The position numbers and the translations under genes were made by a program. The notes under the pieces were generated by a model. It saw only the letters and a program-made list of their open reading frames with translations, had not been told where the DNA came from and made no database searches. Shown here in pieces: positions 48,661 to 61,505 of a DNA stretch of 64,000 nt. Each line of letters begins with the position of its first letter. The first letter of the stretch is position 1. The stretch covers positions 186,001 through 250,000 of the forward strand of contig CBFDEM010000055.1 of NCBI GenBank assembly GCA_965603825.1, read 5' to 3'. The DNA comes from Blepharisma stoltei ATCC 30299 (lineage: Eukaryota > Protista > Ciliophora).

Positions 48661-49242
48661 TTAAATTATCACCAAATGCGGAATATTCTTACCAAAATAA
48701 TTCCCAGGCATTTGCTCTGCTTCTATCGAGCTAATTTCATACGGAAATCTAATAACAGTTGGATCGTCAGCTTCGCCAATGCTCGGCAAATGGTCTTTTT
48801 TCTCACAGATCCTCTCGATGATTGCCATGAGCCTTTTTCTCAACTTTTTGGCCAATCTTGAGTCTGATTTCCTTGGCTCAGGAATTGCCATCTGCTGGAG
48901 CTGTATAGGGATTTTCCATTCTTCCCAAATGACTTTGGTTTTTTCTTGTATGAACAAAAAGGTTTTCTTTTTAACTGTTTGGTAGAAAGAAAGAGTTAAA
49001 ATTAGCATTGGCCTCTCCTGAAGCCTGTTTTCAAATAATGTCAGCTGCTCTTCTATATGTTTATCTGTATTGATATCATTGAGAGTCAAATAAAAAACCC
49101 CACAATCACTTTCTACTTGGCGAGGGGTTACAACTCCGAGTTCTCGCTGGAAAAGGATTGAATGGATTATTACTCGTAAAGCGTCCTTTACTTGTCGAGG
49201 CTCAAGGACTAGGCCTTTTATTACGTTCTGTTCATGATTCAT
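48661..49242 (-). CDS. ATG101: Autophagy protein ATG101 (HORMA), full copy
   Basis: VKDALRVIIHSILFQRELG.V.P, LSFYQ..KK, WEEWKI, KDHLPSI, FPYEI. Confidence 0.85.
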   Translation of the reverse strand: MNHEQNVIKGLVLEPRQVKDALRVIIHSILFQRELGVVTPRQVESDCGVFYLTLNDINTDKHIEEQLTLFENRLQERPMLILTLSFYQTVKKKTFLFIQEKTKVIWEEWKIPIQLQQMAIPEPRKSDSRLAKKLRKRLMAIIERICEKKDHLPSIGEADDPTVIRFPYEISSIEAEQMPGNYFGKNIPHLVII

Positions 49243-49474
49243 ATTTTTATATGTGAAATTCAAATAATTTTAGGTAGAAGTTAGTTTTTGAGTGCTGAAA
49301 ACAGTTGATATATTTTATGGCAAGTTAAAAGTAATAATATTTAGATAAAATTATTTATAAGCCTTTTAAAGAATGAGAAAATGCGATATAGCAAGCAAAT
49401 TCCAAAAATAATAGCAGATTAAGCAGGCTAGCAAGAGAGGTATAATTATAATATATATTTTTAAATTTCCATTA

Positions 49475-50584
49475 TTAATTACAGACATTTAATGCCATTC
49501 CACATCGTCCAATATGAATAGATAAGCTTGAATTGCCTTTACCAACCTTTATATCTGTCTGGCCTTGACGTTTTCCTTCTTTATAGCGCATTTTAAATCC
49601 CTCTTGGAAGCATTCTTTGCTTAAATTCCAATTATCTCGATTTAATAAAAAGCTTGCTGAAAATCTATTTATTTTTACCAATCTCTTGCCAAAAATCAAT
49701 TTTTCAGCAAAATCACCCATTTCTGATTTGTTTTTGGTCCCTGCTTGGTTGCAACTTTTAGGAGTGATTTCTAAATAGCTACTTTGATTTCTACGATATC
49801 TGTATATTAAGTGAGCTGATTCATGCAAAAGGATTATTAAGGTTGCTGCCTTACCAAGAGAATTGCAATTACTAAAGGAATCATTAACAAATACTATATC
49901 TCCTATCGTAGTAAGCCCATAAAGTTCAGGAGGGAAGACAGCATAATAAGAACAATCGCAGACTCTAATAAAGAGATCATCAAGAGAAACGTTTGAATCT
50001 ATCATGCTGAATGCATCTGAAACTATGCTATTTGATGTAAGACTTCTATAAAAGTTCAAGCATTGCTGGTTCTCCGATTCTGTGATTCTTGCTGGGTAGT
50101 TTTTATCTCGATAAATTTTATCCATATGTAAAATGCATGAGCCAGAAACGTGGATATAGAAATATATTGCCAATGTTCTTTTTAACGATCTAGTTATTTC
50201 GTTTAATTCTAAATCGGTCATTGTCTCATAGAACTCTTGGCTGGAGAATAACTTGAGATTTATTTGAAAAGTTGGATAGCATGCTTCATTAGTAAGGATA
50301 TCTAAACCGACGTTCTCAAGTAAATTTCATTGAGAGTTCAAAGCTAAGTATAAGAGTAGCTGAAAAGGGTTTCTACAAGATAAGATATCATCTTGCAAAA
50401 TTTCTGATTGATCCATTTCTAAAAGATTAGAACATTCTTTTCTCAGCCTTTCGATATCTTGAGAGAAATTGAAATAGTTGTTATCTTTTTCGCTTTCTTG
50501 ATTAATGGTTTCTGAGATAAAATCATTAACAATTTTATGATACTTGCGTAGAGCTTCGAAGTATTCGTATGCAGTTGACTCCAT
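49475..50584 (-). CDS. HExxH putative zinc metallopeptidase, copy A (369 aa)
   Basis: LLHESAHL, then SEMGDFAEKLIFG; TGA 50327 read as Trp. Confidence 0.8.
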
Positions 50585-50591
50585 TTTTCGT

Positions 50592-51116
50592 TTATAATGG
50601 GGCTATAATTTCATATGGAAATCTAATAACAGTTGGATCGTTAGCTTCACCAATGCTCGGCAAATGGTCTTTTTTCTCGCAGATCCTCTCGATGATTGTC
50701 ATGAGCCTTTTTCTCAACTTTTTGGCCAATCTTGAGTCAGATTTCCTTGATTCAGGAATTGCCATCTGCTGGAGCTGTATAGGGATTTTCCATTCTTCCC
50801 AAATGACTTTGGTTTTTTCTTGTATGAACAAAAATGTTTTCTTTTTAACTGTTTGGTAGAAAGAAAGAGTTAAAATTAGCATTGGCCTCTCCTGGAGCCT
50901 GTTTTCAAATAATGTCAGCTGCTCTTCTATATGTTTATCTGTATTGATATCATTGAGAGTCAAATAAAAAACCCCACAATCACTTTCTACTTGGCGAGGG
51001 GTTACAACTCCGAGTTCTCGCTGGAAAAGGATTGAATGGATTATTACTCGTAAAGCGTCCTTTACTTGTCGAGGCTCAAGGACTAGGCCTTTTATTACGT
51101 TCTGTTCATGATTCAT
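50592..51116 (-). CDS. ATG101: ATG101 duplicate with truncated, chimeric C-terminus (FPYEI-IAPL*)
   Basis: Near-identical to 48733..49242 at offset 1874; last 4 codons come from the HExxH gene leader. Confidence 0.75.
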   Translation of the reverse strand: MNHEQNVIKGLVLEPRQVKDALRVIIHSILFQRELGVVTPRQVESDCGVFYLTLNDINTDKHIEEQLTLFENRLQERPMLILTLSFYQTVKKKTFLFIQEKTKVIWEEWKIPIQLQQMAIPESRKSDSRLAKKLRKRLMTIIERICEKKDHLPSIGEANDPTVIRFPYEIIAPL

Positions 51117-51348
51117 ATTTTTATATGTGAAATTCAAATAATTTTAGGTAGAAGTTAGTTTTTGAAAGCTGAAAACAGTTGATATATTTTATGGCAAGTT
51201 AAAAGTAATAATTTTAGGATAAAATTATTTATAAACCTTTTAAAAAATAAGAAAATGGGATATAACAAGCAAATTCCAAAAATAATAGCAGATTAAGAAG
51301 GCTAGCAAGAGAAGTATAATTATAATATATATTTTTAAATTTCCATTA

Positions 51349-52458
51349 TTAATTACAGACACTTAATGCCATTCCACATCGTCCAATATGAATAGATAAG
51401 CTTGAATTGCCTTTACCAACCTTTATATCTGTCTGGCCTTGATTTTTTCCTTCTTTATAACTCATTTTAAATCCCTCTTGGAAGCATTCTTTGCTTAAGC
51501 TCCAATTATCTCGATCTAATAAAAAGTCTGCTGATGAGCTATTTATTTCTACCAATCTCTTGCCAAAGATCAATTTTTCAACAAAATCGCCCATTTCTGA
51601 TTTATTTTTGATCCCTGCTTGGTTGCAACTTTTAGGAGTGATTTCTAAATAGCTACTTTGATTTCTACGATATCTGTGCATTAAGTGAGCTGATTCATGC
51701 AAAAGGATTATTAAGGTTGCTGCCATACCAAGATTATTGCCATTACTAAAGGATCTATTAACAAATACTAAATCTCCTATCGTAGTAAGCCCATAAAGTT
51801 CAGGAGGGAAGTCAGCATAATAAGAACAATCGCAAACTCTACTAAAGAGTTCATCAAGGGAAACGCTTGAATTTATCATACTGAATGCTTCTGAAACTAT
51901 GCAATTTGATGTAAGACTTCTATAAAAATTCAAGCATTCCAGGTTTTCCGACTGTGAAATTCTTTTCGGGTTTTTTGCATCTTCATAAATGTAACCCATA
52001 TGTAAAAGGCATGCACCAGAAACGCGGATATAGAAATAAATTGCCATAGTTCTTTTTAACGATCTATTAATTTCGCTTGATTCTAAATCGATCATCGTCT
52101 CATAGAACTCTTGGCTGGAGAATAACTTGAGATTATTTTGAAAAGTTGGATAGCATGCTCTATTAGTAAAGATGCTTAAATCGACGTTCTTAAGTAAATC
52201 TCATTGAGAGTTAAAAGCTAAGTGTAAGAGGAGCTGAAAAGGGTTTCTACAAGATAAGATATCATCTTGCAAAATTTCTGATTGATCCTTTTCTAAAAGA
52301 TTAGAACATTCTGTTTTCAGCCTTTCGATATCTTGAGAGTGATTGATATAGCATTGATCTTTGGCGCTTTTTTGATTAACGGTTTCTGAGATAAAATGAT
52401 TAACAATTTCATGATACTTGCATAGAGCTTCGAAGTATTCGTGTGCTGTTGACTCCAT
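51349..52458 (-). CDS. HExxH putative zinc metallopeptidase, copy B (369 aa)
   Basis: LLHESAHL, SEMGDFVEKLIFG. Confidence 0.8.
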
Positions 52459-52610
52459 TTTTCGTTTATAATGGGGCTATGACGTATTTAAAATTAAAAG
52501 CACTTAAAGAAAATTATTTAAGTTTCATAAAAGAGGCGGAACTCTTGAATTCTTATCATTGAAGGCTTCGGAAAATTGATTAAATAGGATGCTTAATACA
52601 ATAGAACTGA

Positions 52611-53741
52611 CTATATCTTTTTCAAATTTTCATTAATTGATTCTAGACTATATAATGCCATTCCACATCGTCCAAGATAAATAGTTGAGGAATTGCCTTT
52701 GCGAACCTTTGTAACTGGCTGGCGTTTACTTTTTCCTTCTTGATATTTCATTTTAAGTCCCATTTGGAATTCTTCTTTGCTTAAATCCCAATTATTTCTA
52801 TTTAATAAAAATTTTGCTGATGAGAAATTTATTTTTACCATTTTTTCGCCAAAAATCAATTCTTCAACAAAATCACCCATTTCTGAATTATATTCGATCC
52901 CCGTTTGCTTGCTGCTTTTAGGAGTGAGCATTAAGTAACTACTTTGACCTCTACAATATCTTCACATCAAGTGAGCTGATTCTTTCAAAAGGATTATTAA
53001 GGTTGCTGCCCAACTAGTAGGATCTTTAAGATTAAAGGATTTATTAACAAATACTATATCTCCTATCGTAGTAAGCCCACAAAGCTCAGTAGGGAAGGCA
53101 GCATAATAAGAGCAATCAGAGACTCTACTGAAGAGATTATCAAGGGAAACATTTGGATCTATCCTACTGAATGCATCTGAAACTATGCTATTTGATGTAA
53201 GACTTCTATAAAAATCCAGGCATTGCTTGCTATTCTTCGACTGTGCAATTCTTTTTGGTTTGTTTTTATTACGAAAAATGCCGTCCATATTCAAAATTCA
53301 TGCACTAGGAATGCGGATATAGAAATATATAGCCAATGTTCTTATTAACGATCTAATTTCTTCGTTTAATTCTAAATTGGTCATCATCTCATAAAACTTT
53401 TGGCTGGAGAATAACTCTAGATTTGTTTTAAATTTTCAATAGCATTCTTCATTAGTAAAATCATCTAGGTTCCCAAGTAAATTTCATTGAGAGTTCAAAG
53501 CTAAGTTAAAGAGTAGCTTAAAAGGATTTCTACAAGATAAGATATCATCTTGTAAGAGTTCTGATTGATCTATTTCTAAAAGACTAGAAAATTTGTTTCT
53601 CAGCTCTCTGATATGTTCAGAGCAACGGAAATAGTTGTTATCTTTTTCGCTTTCTTGATTGATGGTTTCTGAGATAAAGTTATTAACAAATTCATGATAC
53701 TTGCATAGAGCTTTGAAATATTGGTATGCTGTTGACTCCAT
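52611..53741 (-). CDS. HExxH-family paralog, copy C (376 aa), first His replaced (KESAH)
   Basis: Intact single frame via TGA; LLKESAHL, SEMGDFVEELIFG. Confidence 0.78.
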
Positions 53742-54493
53742 TTTTGGTTTAAAATAATGGGGCTATTATGCATTAAAAATGAAAATTAGTTAATAAATTA
53801 GTTAAGTCTCATTAAAGAAGTAATTGACACCCTTCAATTCATACGATTGAAGGCTTCGAAAAATTTATAAAATGAGATCTTAATACAGTAAAACTGATTA
53901 TACTTAGATTTATCAAAATTTGGGGCAAAAATATGATCACAATTTTATTAAAAACATAAATTTTCATTAGATTCTTAATAAAATATAAAATAATTAATTG
54001 TTACCCATACTCCTGTGTGGGAATGCCAAAAAATTGAGAGAAATATTGCATATAGGTGTCTTAAATTTAGTGCTGAGCCTATAAAAAGGCTAATTTATGC
54101 TCTAAAGACAGAAGTTTAGAGAGATCTAGAATTTTTGTTTAGCTATGATGCGATTTTGAAAGGATAATGGACTCAATGCTCAAAAATATGCATGAACTAT
54201 TTAATTCTAATCAATATTAAGTCTATAATCATAATAAATAATATAAAATCTTTAATAAAATTCTCAAATCATAAGATCTGACATAAAAATCTAACTTAAA
54301 AGTTTTTATTCATAATAAAAAATAAATAACATTAATACATAAATATATTAAATGGAGTAAAAAACCTAAAACTAACGTAAAATTTAACGTTAGAGCTGAT
54401 AATATTTTTCTTAAAAATTTCACTTCAAATATTCTAAAAAAACAATCCGATTAATGGTATTGCTTAATTATTGATTAAAATTATCAATAAAAA

Positions 54494-56743
54494 ATGAATC
54501 GAAGCAAAATGCTAGAGATGGTCAGTGATACAGCTTTTTTCAAATTTGCAAAATCATCATTATATAGCATAGCAGATAACGAGTCTTTGGAAAGTAAAAG
54601 GATTCCAATAAATCCAAATCTCCTTACTTTTAATGATAAATTTCTTGAGAAAAGATTCCACCAGCAGCACACATGCCAAAAAGGGGTCAATAAAGGCCCA
54701 TCTTCAGAGTTCAAGAATAATATGCTAATATTTTTTATTTTCTTATTTTCCTACATAGCAATCACAATTAGTACAGCTATTTTACTTTATTCAAGCAGTA
54801 ACCAATCTCAAAATCATTTAATCATAAGAGTGATATTTCTTACAATGATTCTAACTGTGAGTTTTTGTATTATATATGTGATCTTCAAGTCATCATACTT
54901 TTTAAACAGAAATAAACAACTATTTATCCTTTTAGGGTCTATTTTTATGACATACTTAATTATTTGTGATGAAAGGGTTTTATGTGGAATTACAAGTACT
55001 GATTATGAAAAAAATAGCCAAAATCATATGCTAGTTATAGCTTGCTTCATAGTCTTTTACAAACTCGTTATTTTTGATCACTTTGTATATGTTGCTCTTT
55101 TATCGCTGCTAACCCTTATCTTTCTTTTAATATTTATGCTAGCTTTTTCTCCTCTTTCTTATTTAGCTACTCTCAGTGATTATTTGGTTTTACTTGTATT
55201 TTTAATACTGCAAGTAATCGATTCCTGACAAATTGATTACAGAGCGAAACAACTGTTTTGGAGACGTGAGCAAGAGGAAGAAGCTCTAGATCCTTTAGCT
55301 AATGAAGAAAATGGTGACGTTTTTGCGCAGCAAATGTGAACGGAGATTGAGTTATTATTACATATGTGTGACAAAATCAAGGCAAATATTAAACAATCGT
55401 CAGCTGTAATTATGTTCAAAGATATAAAAAATAAGCTAAAATCTGCACAAAGTGATATAGAAAAAGTAAAACGAGGAATTGCTCATGGGCTAATTATGGC
55501 TGAAATCAAGGTCAATAGCGACGGTATGGACGAGCAAGATAGGGTGTTTTTATCAGAATATTGTATGGACCATTCTTTAGCCACAAAATTCAAAAGCTTG
55601 TCTAGAAGGCCATCTACTATGGATTTAAAAGAAAGAGACCTATCGTTTCCGTTTAGTTCTTATGGGGTTGCTGAATTAGAATCAGTTCTTTCAAGCATTG
55701 GGAAAAATTGAAATTTTGATATATGGTTTGTGTATAATGCCACTGGGCATAGCATTTTTATAGTCGCAAAATTTTTATTTGAAAAATGAAACTTGAGTAC
55801 AACTTTTAGCATTAATGAAGAAACAATTGATAGGTTTTTTAAGACGCTAGAGAGAGTAATTACTATATAGAATTACCATCAAAATCCTTATCATAACTCA
55901 TGCCATGCAGCTGATGTGCTGCACACAATGCTTTATTTTTTAACCACAAGTGAGATTGTGAAGCATCTGAATCCAATAGAAATCATTTCTCTTATGGTTG
56001 CCTGCTTAGGCCATGATGTAGGTCATCCAGCTTTGACAAGCCGATTTTTAATAAATAACCGTGATGAAATCGCTATGATATATAATGATAGCAGCGTCTT
56101 AGAAAACATGCACATCTCCAAAATTTATGGGATCATGGGGAATAAAGGCTGCAACATTTTTGAAAACATTGACTCAGATGACTGAGTAAAAGCTAGAAAA
56201 TTAATTATTGAAATGATATTAGAAACTGACATGTCAAGGCACTTTGAAATTTTAGGAAGATTTAGGGCTAGAGCTAAGAATTTAGCTGATTTAGCCCTAG
56301 ATGTCCATGATGATAAAATTTTGATTTTATCAATGGCATTAAAATGTGCTGATATCGGGCATTCAGCGAAAATTTCTGAACTTCATGAAAAATGGACTGC
56401 ACTTGTGTGTGAAGAGTTTTTCAGGCAAGGAGATTTGGAGAAGCAGAGAAACCAGCAGGTTTCTATGTATTGTGATAGAGACACAACAGAAATTCCAAAA
56501 TCTCAAGCTGGGTTTATTAAAAATATTTGTTTGCCTTTATTTGATGTGTGATGTGAATATTTGAATAATGATGCAATTAATAAGTATGTTTTGGAGCAGC
56601 TTAAGAAGAACCTTAATTATTGGGAAGAAAAAACGAGGGTTAGAAGAGCATCAATGCAAATTATAGATACAACTGCTAGAAGAGAGGCAGAAAAAAAGTT
56701 TTTAGGCTTAAGCCCTAAAGCTAAGCCTGATCGTTCAACTTAG
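54494..56743 (+). CDS. Membrane-anchored class I cyclic-nucleotide phosphodiesterase (~744 aa); intron at 55856-55870
   Basis: About six N-terminal TMs; NPYHNSCHAADV, GHDVGHP, LENMH, ETDMSRH, KCADIGH, EEFFRQGD. Confidence 0.93.
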
Positions 56744-57663
56744 TTTTAAAAAATAATTTCCTTTTTTAATGCATACTTTGAATATTTTTAGAATTTAGCT
56801 AAAAATTCGCCCTTTTAAACTGATTAGTTGTAAATTATGAATTTATTCGATACTGATCAATTATATTGTTTTTTTGTGTGTATTAATTATATTATTTAGT
56901 TTATAGTAAGAAAGAAATAACAACTATCAAGAAATTAGTTGTCTTTTCTTTAAAAATTATGTGTGGAGAGCATATTATATAATTATAAATTTCCACTAAG
57001 GTTTTATTAAATTACTAAGCACTGCTTCTATGAGTAAATTAAGTATACTCAGATTAGCTTTAATCATCTGCTCTTTAATGATAAATGATAGGTAACATAT
57101 TTTCAAAGTTCTTTAATTTCTCATTTTTCTTAGACCTTTCATAAAGCTCTTGGTTTTGCAAAAATTCATTGATTCAAAATTATCAGCACTTTCCACAATA
57201 TCATAAACTTTATGATGCTTATTGTAATTATATATATAAAACTATTTAATTAATTTTTATTAAATATTTACTTACAAAGTCACGATTAAATCAAGGAAAT
57301 TAAAATTCTTTTTAAATGTAATTTTGACTTTAACCAAAATAGTTATAAGAAAAATCTCTCGATGTTCATTGTTCGTAATTGAAATGGAATTTTCTAGATA
57401 AATATGGAATTCTTTTTATTCAGAATCTTTGTCACTAGAGATCTCCGAACCTTCTAAGATCCATTAGAAATTGAAGACTCCCATAAAGCATAAAGCAGTT
57501 ATTTAATCAAAAGGCAGATTTTTTGTTCAAATATTTTATAGCAACTCAGACCACAGGCAGATGGTTCGAGAATTAAAATGGATGAATATTTTTCTCATTT
57601 AAATCTCTTAGACTGTAATTCTTCTTATTTGATTCTGATAAGCTTAAAATAATTATTATCCTC

Positions 57664-59857
57664 ATGCCTAGGATAACCAGCTCATGGTGAGATGATGATT
57701 TCACGAGCCAACTTGAAGATTTAAAATTTTCACATATCATAAGCTCTGCTTTATCAGGGCTTCTAGTGCTCTCCTTTGACTTTTTATTGCCCAGCCAGGT
57801 TTTCACCGCGATTTTTAAAGCTGTAACACTTTTTTTACTTATTATATGCTCAACAATTCTAATAAATCGGAATAACAACTCACGAACAATATTTCTCGTT
57901 ATTTCGACAACTGAGTTCTGTAGCTTTTTGATGTGGTATTTTTCTAGAACTACACTTGATGAGCATAGAGCCATATTTATCATCGGTGCGACTTTTAACT
58001 TACTCCTTTTACAAATTCCATGCGTAAAATCCAGATTTTTCTGCTGCATTCTCATAGCTAAACATATATATCAATGGTATATTTTTGATATTTTGAAAAC
58101 TACCGAGAGTTATACTAGTAACCTTTCTCCATATATTGTGGTATCAAGCTGTTTAATCATCCAGTTTATGAATATTAGTACGACATTTAAAAGTGGATTA
58201 TTAACATTTTCTCTTCATAGAAAAGCAGAAGAAACAGAAAGATGCCTGAATTTTTTATGTCAATCATTTTGTGATGGATTTTTGGTACTTTCAGATGACT
58301 TGAAAATTGAATATTTAAATTCAAATATTTTAGCGCTTTTTGAGTGTGAAGAAAATCAGTTACTTAACAATATTTCTTGTCAGACATATTGGGATGGAAA
58401 AAAGTTAAACCATCTAACAAATTCATCATTTATAATAGATGATATTAAAGCAGCCTTTGCTTTACCTATAAATGGAGAAGCCCTAATAGGGATATCGAAG
58501 TTAAGAAGCAACCTTTTGGAATGAAAAATTAAAAAAATGCATTGAAAAAGTAAACCATCTTTAGTAATTTTTTCAAGAAATGTCAATCATTTAATAGAAC
58601 TCGAATCCCTATCTTCTGAATGCAGGGCGAAAACTGACCTATTGAACTTTGTATCACATGAACTAAGGGCTCCAGCGAATTCAATAATTCTGTTTCAAGA
58701 ACAAATAATTGAAGAGGAAGGGTCGAGACTAAAAACTACAACTGTTGATAAGCTGCAGACAATAAATGTGCTTTCTCATCTTCTTCTTTCCTTTGTAAAT
58801 GACTTGTTAGATCACTCAAGAATCATGGCAGGTGCATTTAATTTAAATAAATCAAACTTTGATATCAGAGATGTCATCAAAGACTCATGCAAGCTCTTTG
58901 AAATTCAAGCTAAGCTTAAGCACATTGATTTAAGAATACGTTTAGACCCGACCTTGCCTCATTCAATATATTCTGATCCAATGAGAATTGGACAAATTTT
59001 GGTAAATCTTATAGGAAATAGCTTAAAGTATTACTTATTGTAGGTTCACCACAACTGGCTCAATTGAGGTATGTGTATTTACTAGTCATTTTAATAGAAT
59101 TGAGTTTTCAGTCACAGATACAGGTGCTGGGATCTTACAATCTCGCCTTGCATCACTTTTCACGGCATTTTCTACATCTAACTCAGGTAATTACAACCCT
59201 CAAGGTGTTGGATTAGGTTTATACATTTCGGGAATCTTAGCCAAAGCTTTAAACGGTACATCTATCCAAGTGGAGTCTCATGAAGGAAAAGGATCAAAAT
59301 TCACATTTTACTTAGATTTAAACGAAAAATTGGAATTTGCTTTAACTGAGTCTGATATGGGGCTAGTTGACGAAGGGCTGACATCCCCAATTGTAATGAA
59401 AGCAAGAAGAGAGTCATGCCATAGAAACTTTTCTAAAGACAAAGTGCTAATTGTGGATGACAATGACTTCAACAGAATCATTTTGGGAGCTATTTTGGAC
59501 AAAAATCAAATAGGGTATATAGAAGCAGATAGTGGGACAAAAGCATTGCATATTGTACAGAAGCAAAATAATAAAGGGAGGTATATCAAGCTTATTATTA
59601 TGGACTGCCACATGCCAGTTATTGATGGATGAGAAGCAACTAAAAAGATCCATGAAATGCATAAAACTCAACTTATCCGGCATATGCCTGCGGTTATTGG
59701 TTACACAGCAAGCTCTTCAGAAGAGGAAATTAAAAAGTGTTTTGAGTATGGAATGGTAACTTATTTACTGAAACCTGCCAGGCCAGAGCTGCTTATGGAA
59801 TTGATAAATCAGTATCTTGGATTTGATGAAGAATCATCTAATGCAATTGCTAAGTAA
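57664..59857 (+). CDS. Hybrid sensor histidine kinase (TM-PAS-like-HisKA-HATPase-receiver); 16-nt intron at 59028-59043
   Basis: VSHELRAP, QILVNLIGNSLKFT (after splicing), DTGAGI, GVGLGL, GKGSKF, IVDD, MDCHMPVIDGW, KP. Confidence 0.92.
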
Positions 59858-59902
59858 ATTTAATTGTTGATATAAATAGGAAAAGTAATAGCTAAATATT
59901 TT

Positions 59903-61285
59903 ATGGGATATAAGAGTGCAACGGTTCTTGGATCTATTGATGAAGAATTTGAGGAAGAAAGAGATGAGGAGATATATGATATTCATATTTTGCCTTCAGA
60001 AAGAGCCCCACTTCATATTAAAAATATAAGCTCAATCCAATGAGAAGAGTCTCAAGAAAACTTAAACTCAATAAGCACTCCTAGAATCCCTCGCAGAAGT
60101 ACTAATGAAATTAATATACAAGGAAAGCTGGAATTTCCAATTCTAGTTAAAGGTTTGAGCATCGAAACTTTATATGAAACTATTAGGATTTCTTCAGAAT
60201 TTTCTGAGCTTGAAGTTCCTCCTCAATCAAGAATCAGCTCAGTTCCAAGTCAGTCTTCAACTTTTAGATTCAACCCAAGTGAACTGGTCTCAGAGAGTGA
60301 AGATGGAACTGAACAAGAGAATACCTTACATAGCCAGGCTAGCCCTGAATTTAATATAGAGAATCTCAAAAGAGTTTACTGGGCTAATGAAGGGAATGCA
60401 GAAGACCTGCTATACTTAGCGATAAATGATGAAATTGTTGAAGGTAAAATATAGTCAGCGCCCGAGCCAAAAAAGCCTGGATTTTTGGAAAAAATCGGAC
60501 TCAAAATGAACAGAGAAGCAAGGCTAATTAACGATGCAAACAAAGAGTGAAGTAAAGCAGACTTCTTAGAGAAAGAAAGAAAAATCAAAGTGTAAGTAAA
60601 AATCAGAAAGCAATTCACCCAAGAGCTGCAAGAGCTAGAAATGGAAAAGCAAAAATTATGTGAAGACTCATATACACTGAAATTAGCAATACAAAGCATG
60701 TATAATAATATGGGAGAAGAAAAATCGACTGGATACTCAAAACTGTTAGAAATTGATTTATTAATTAAAAATAAAACCAAAAATCAAGGATTTTTATTGC
60801 AGAACTTAGAAGCAATAAATAAATATTATAAAGAAGCTTTAGAAGAAAGAAGACAAGCTGAAGAGCAATTAAAAATGAAAATTGAGGACATGAGAATAAG
60901 AATTATTAAATATAATGAAGAAAAAATGCGAGGTATTAAGAAAGTAACTGCAATTTAGGCTGAAATTAATACAAGCCATTTAAAGAGATATAAAGAACTC
61001 AATATTTTGCAGGAGCAGCAAAACCAAAAAATTGAAAGTTGCACAAGACTGCTGCTAAAGCTTGCGCAATATTACAATAAATTAGAAAACTCAAAATTTG
61101 GGGATGATTTTTCATCTTTAATTGAAGCATTAACAAATACATGCAAAGAAAATATTGAGCAAGATGAATTGTTCCATTTGCAAGCAAATGAAGACCCAAG
61201 AAAAATTTTACCATATGGAAGATCATCTCAATCTGCCGTGAAAAAGCATAGGGAATCATCACCAAAAGTCCCTCGAAAAATATAA
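59903..61285 (+). CDS. Hypothetical coiled-coil protein (~445 aa); introns at 60444-60458, 60592-60606, 60944-60958
   Basis: Each in-frame TAG/TAA lies inside a 15-nt GTA..A10..AG intron; one frame otherwise. Confidence 0.8.
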
Positions 61286-61505
61286 TGTAAAATATTTTAT
61301 AAATGTTGGTAATTGAAATTAACATTCTGGTGGTTGTCATTTGAATTTTTATCATTTTAAAAATGTGATTTTGAGATTTATTCCTTATTTAATTGAGGCT
61401 AATGATTATTTTAAAAATCAGTTCTTAAGACTTAATGTTAATTTTGATGTTTTAACCATTTAAAAATGCTAAAAAATCGGCCAATTCATGCTTAAAATTA
61501 TTAAA

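Larger units (their letters stand above)
48733..52480. repeat. Direct tandem duplication, 1874-bp unit (48733-50606 and 50607-52480)
   Basis: Offset of 1874 seen for ATG101 and HExxH starts and ends; junction GGGGCTAT|AATTTC. Confidence 0.92.

Noticed and set aside
57664-59857. His kinase as bacterial contamination or recent horizontal transfer
   Set aside because: Uses TGA-Trp, has a 16-nt host-type intron, and hybrid His kinases are common in ciliates
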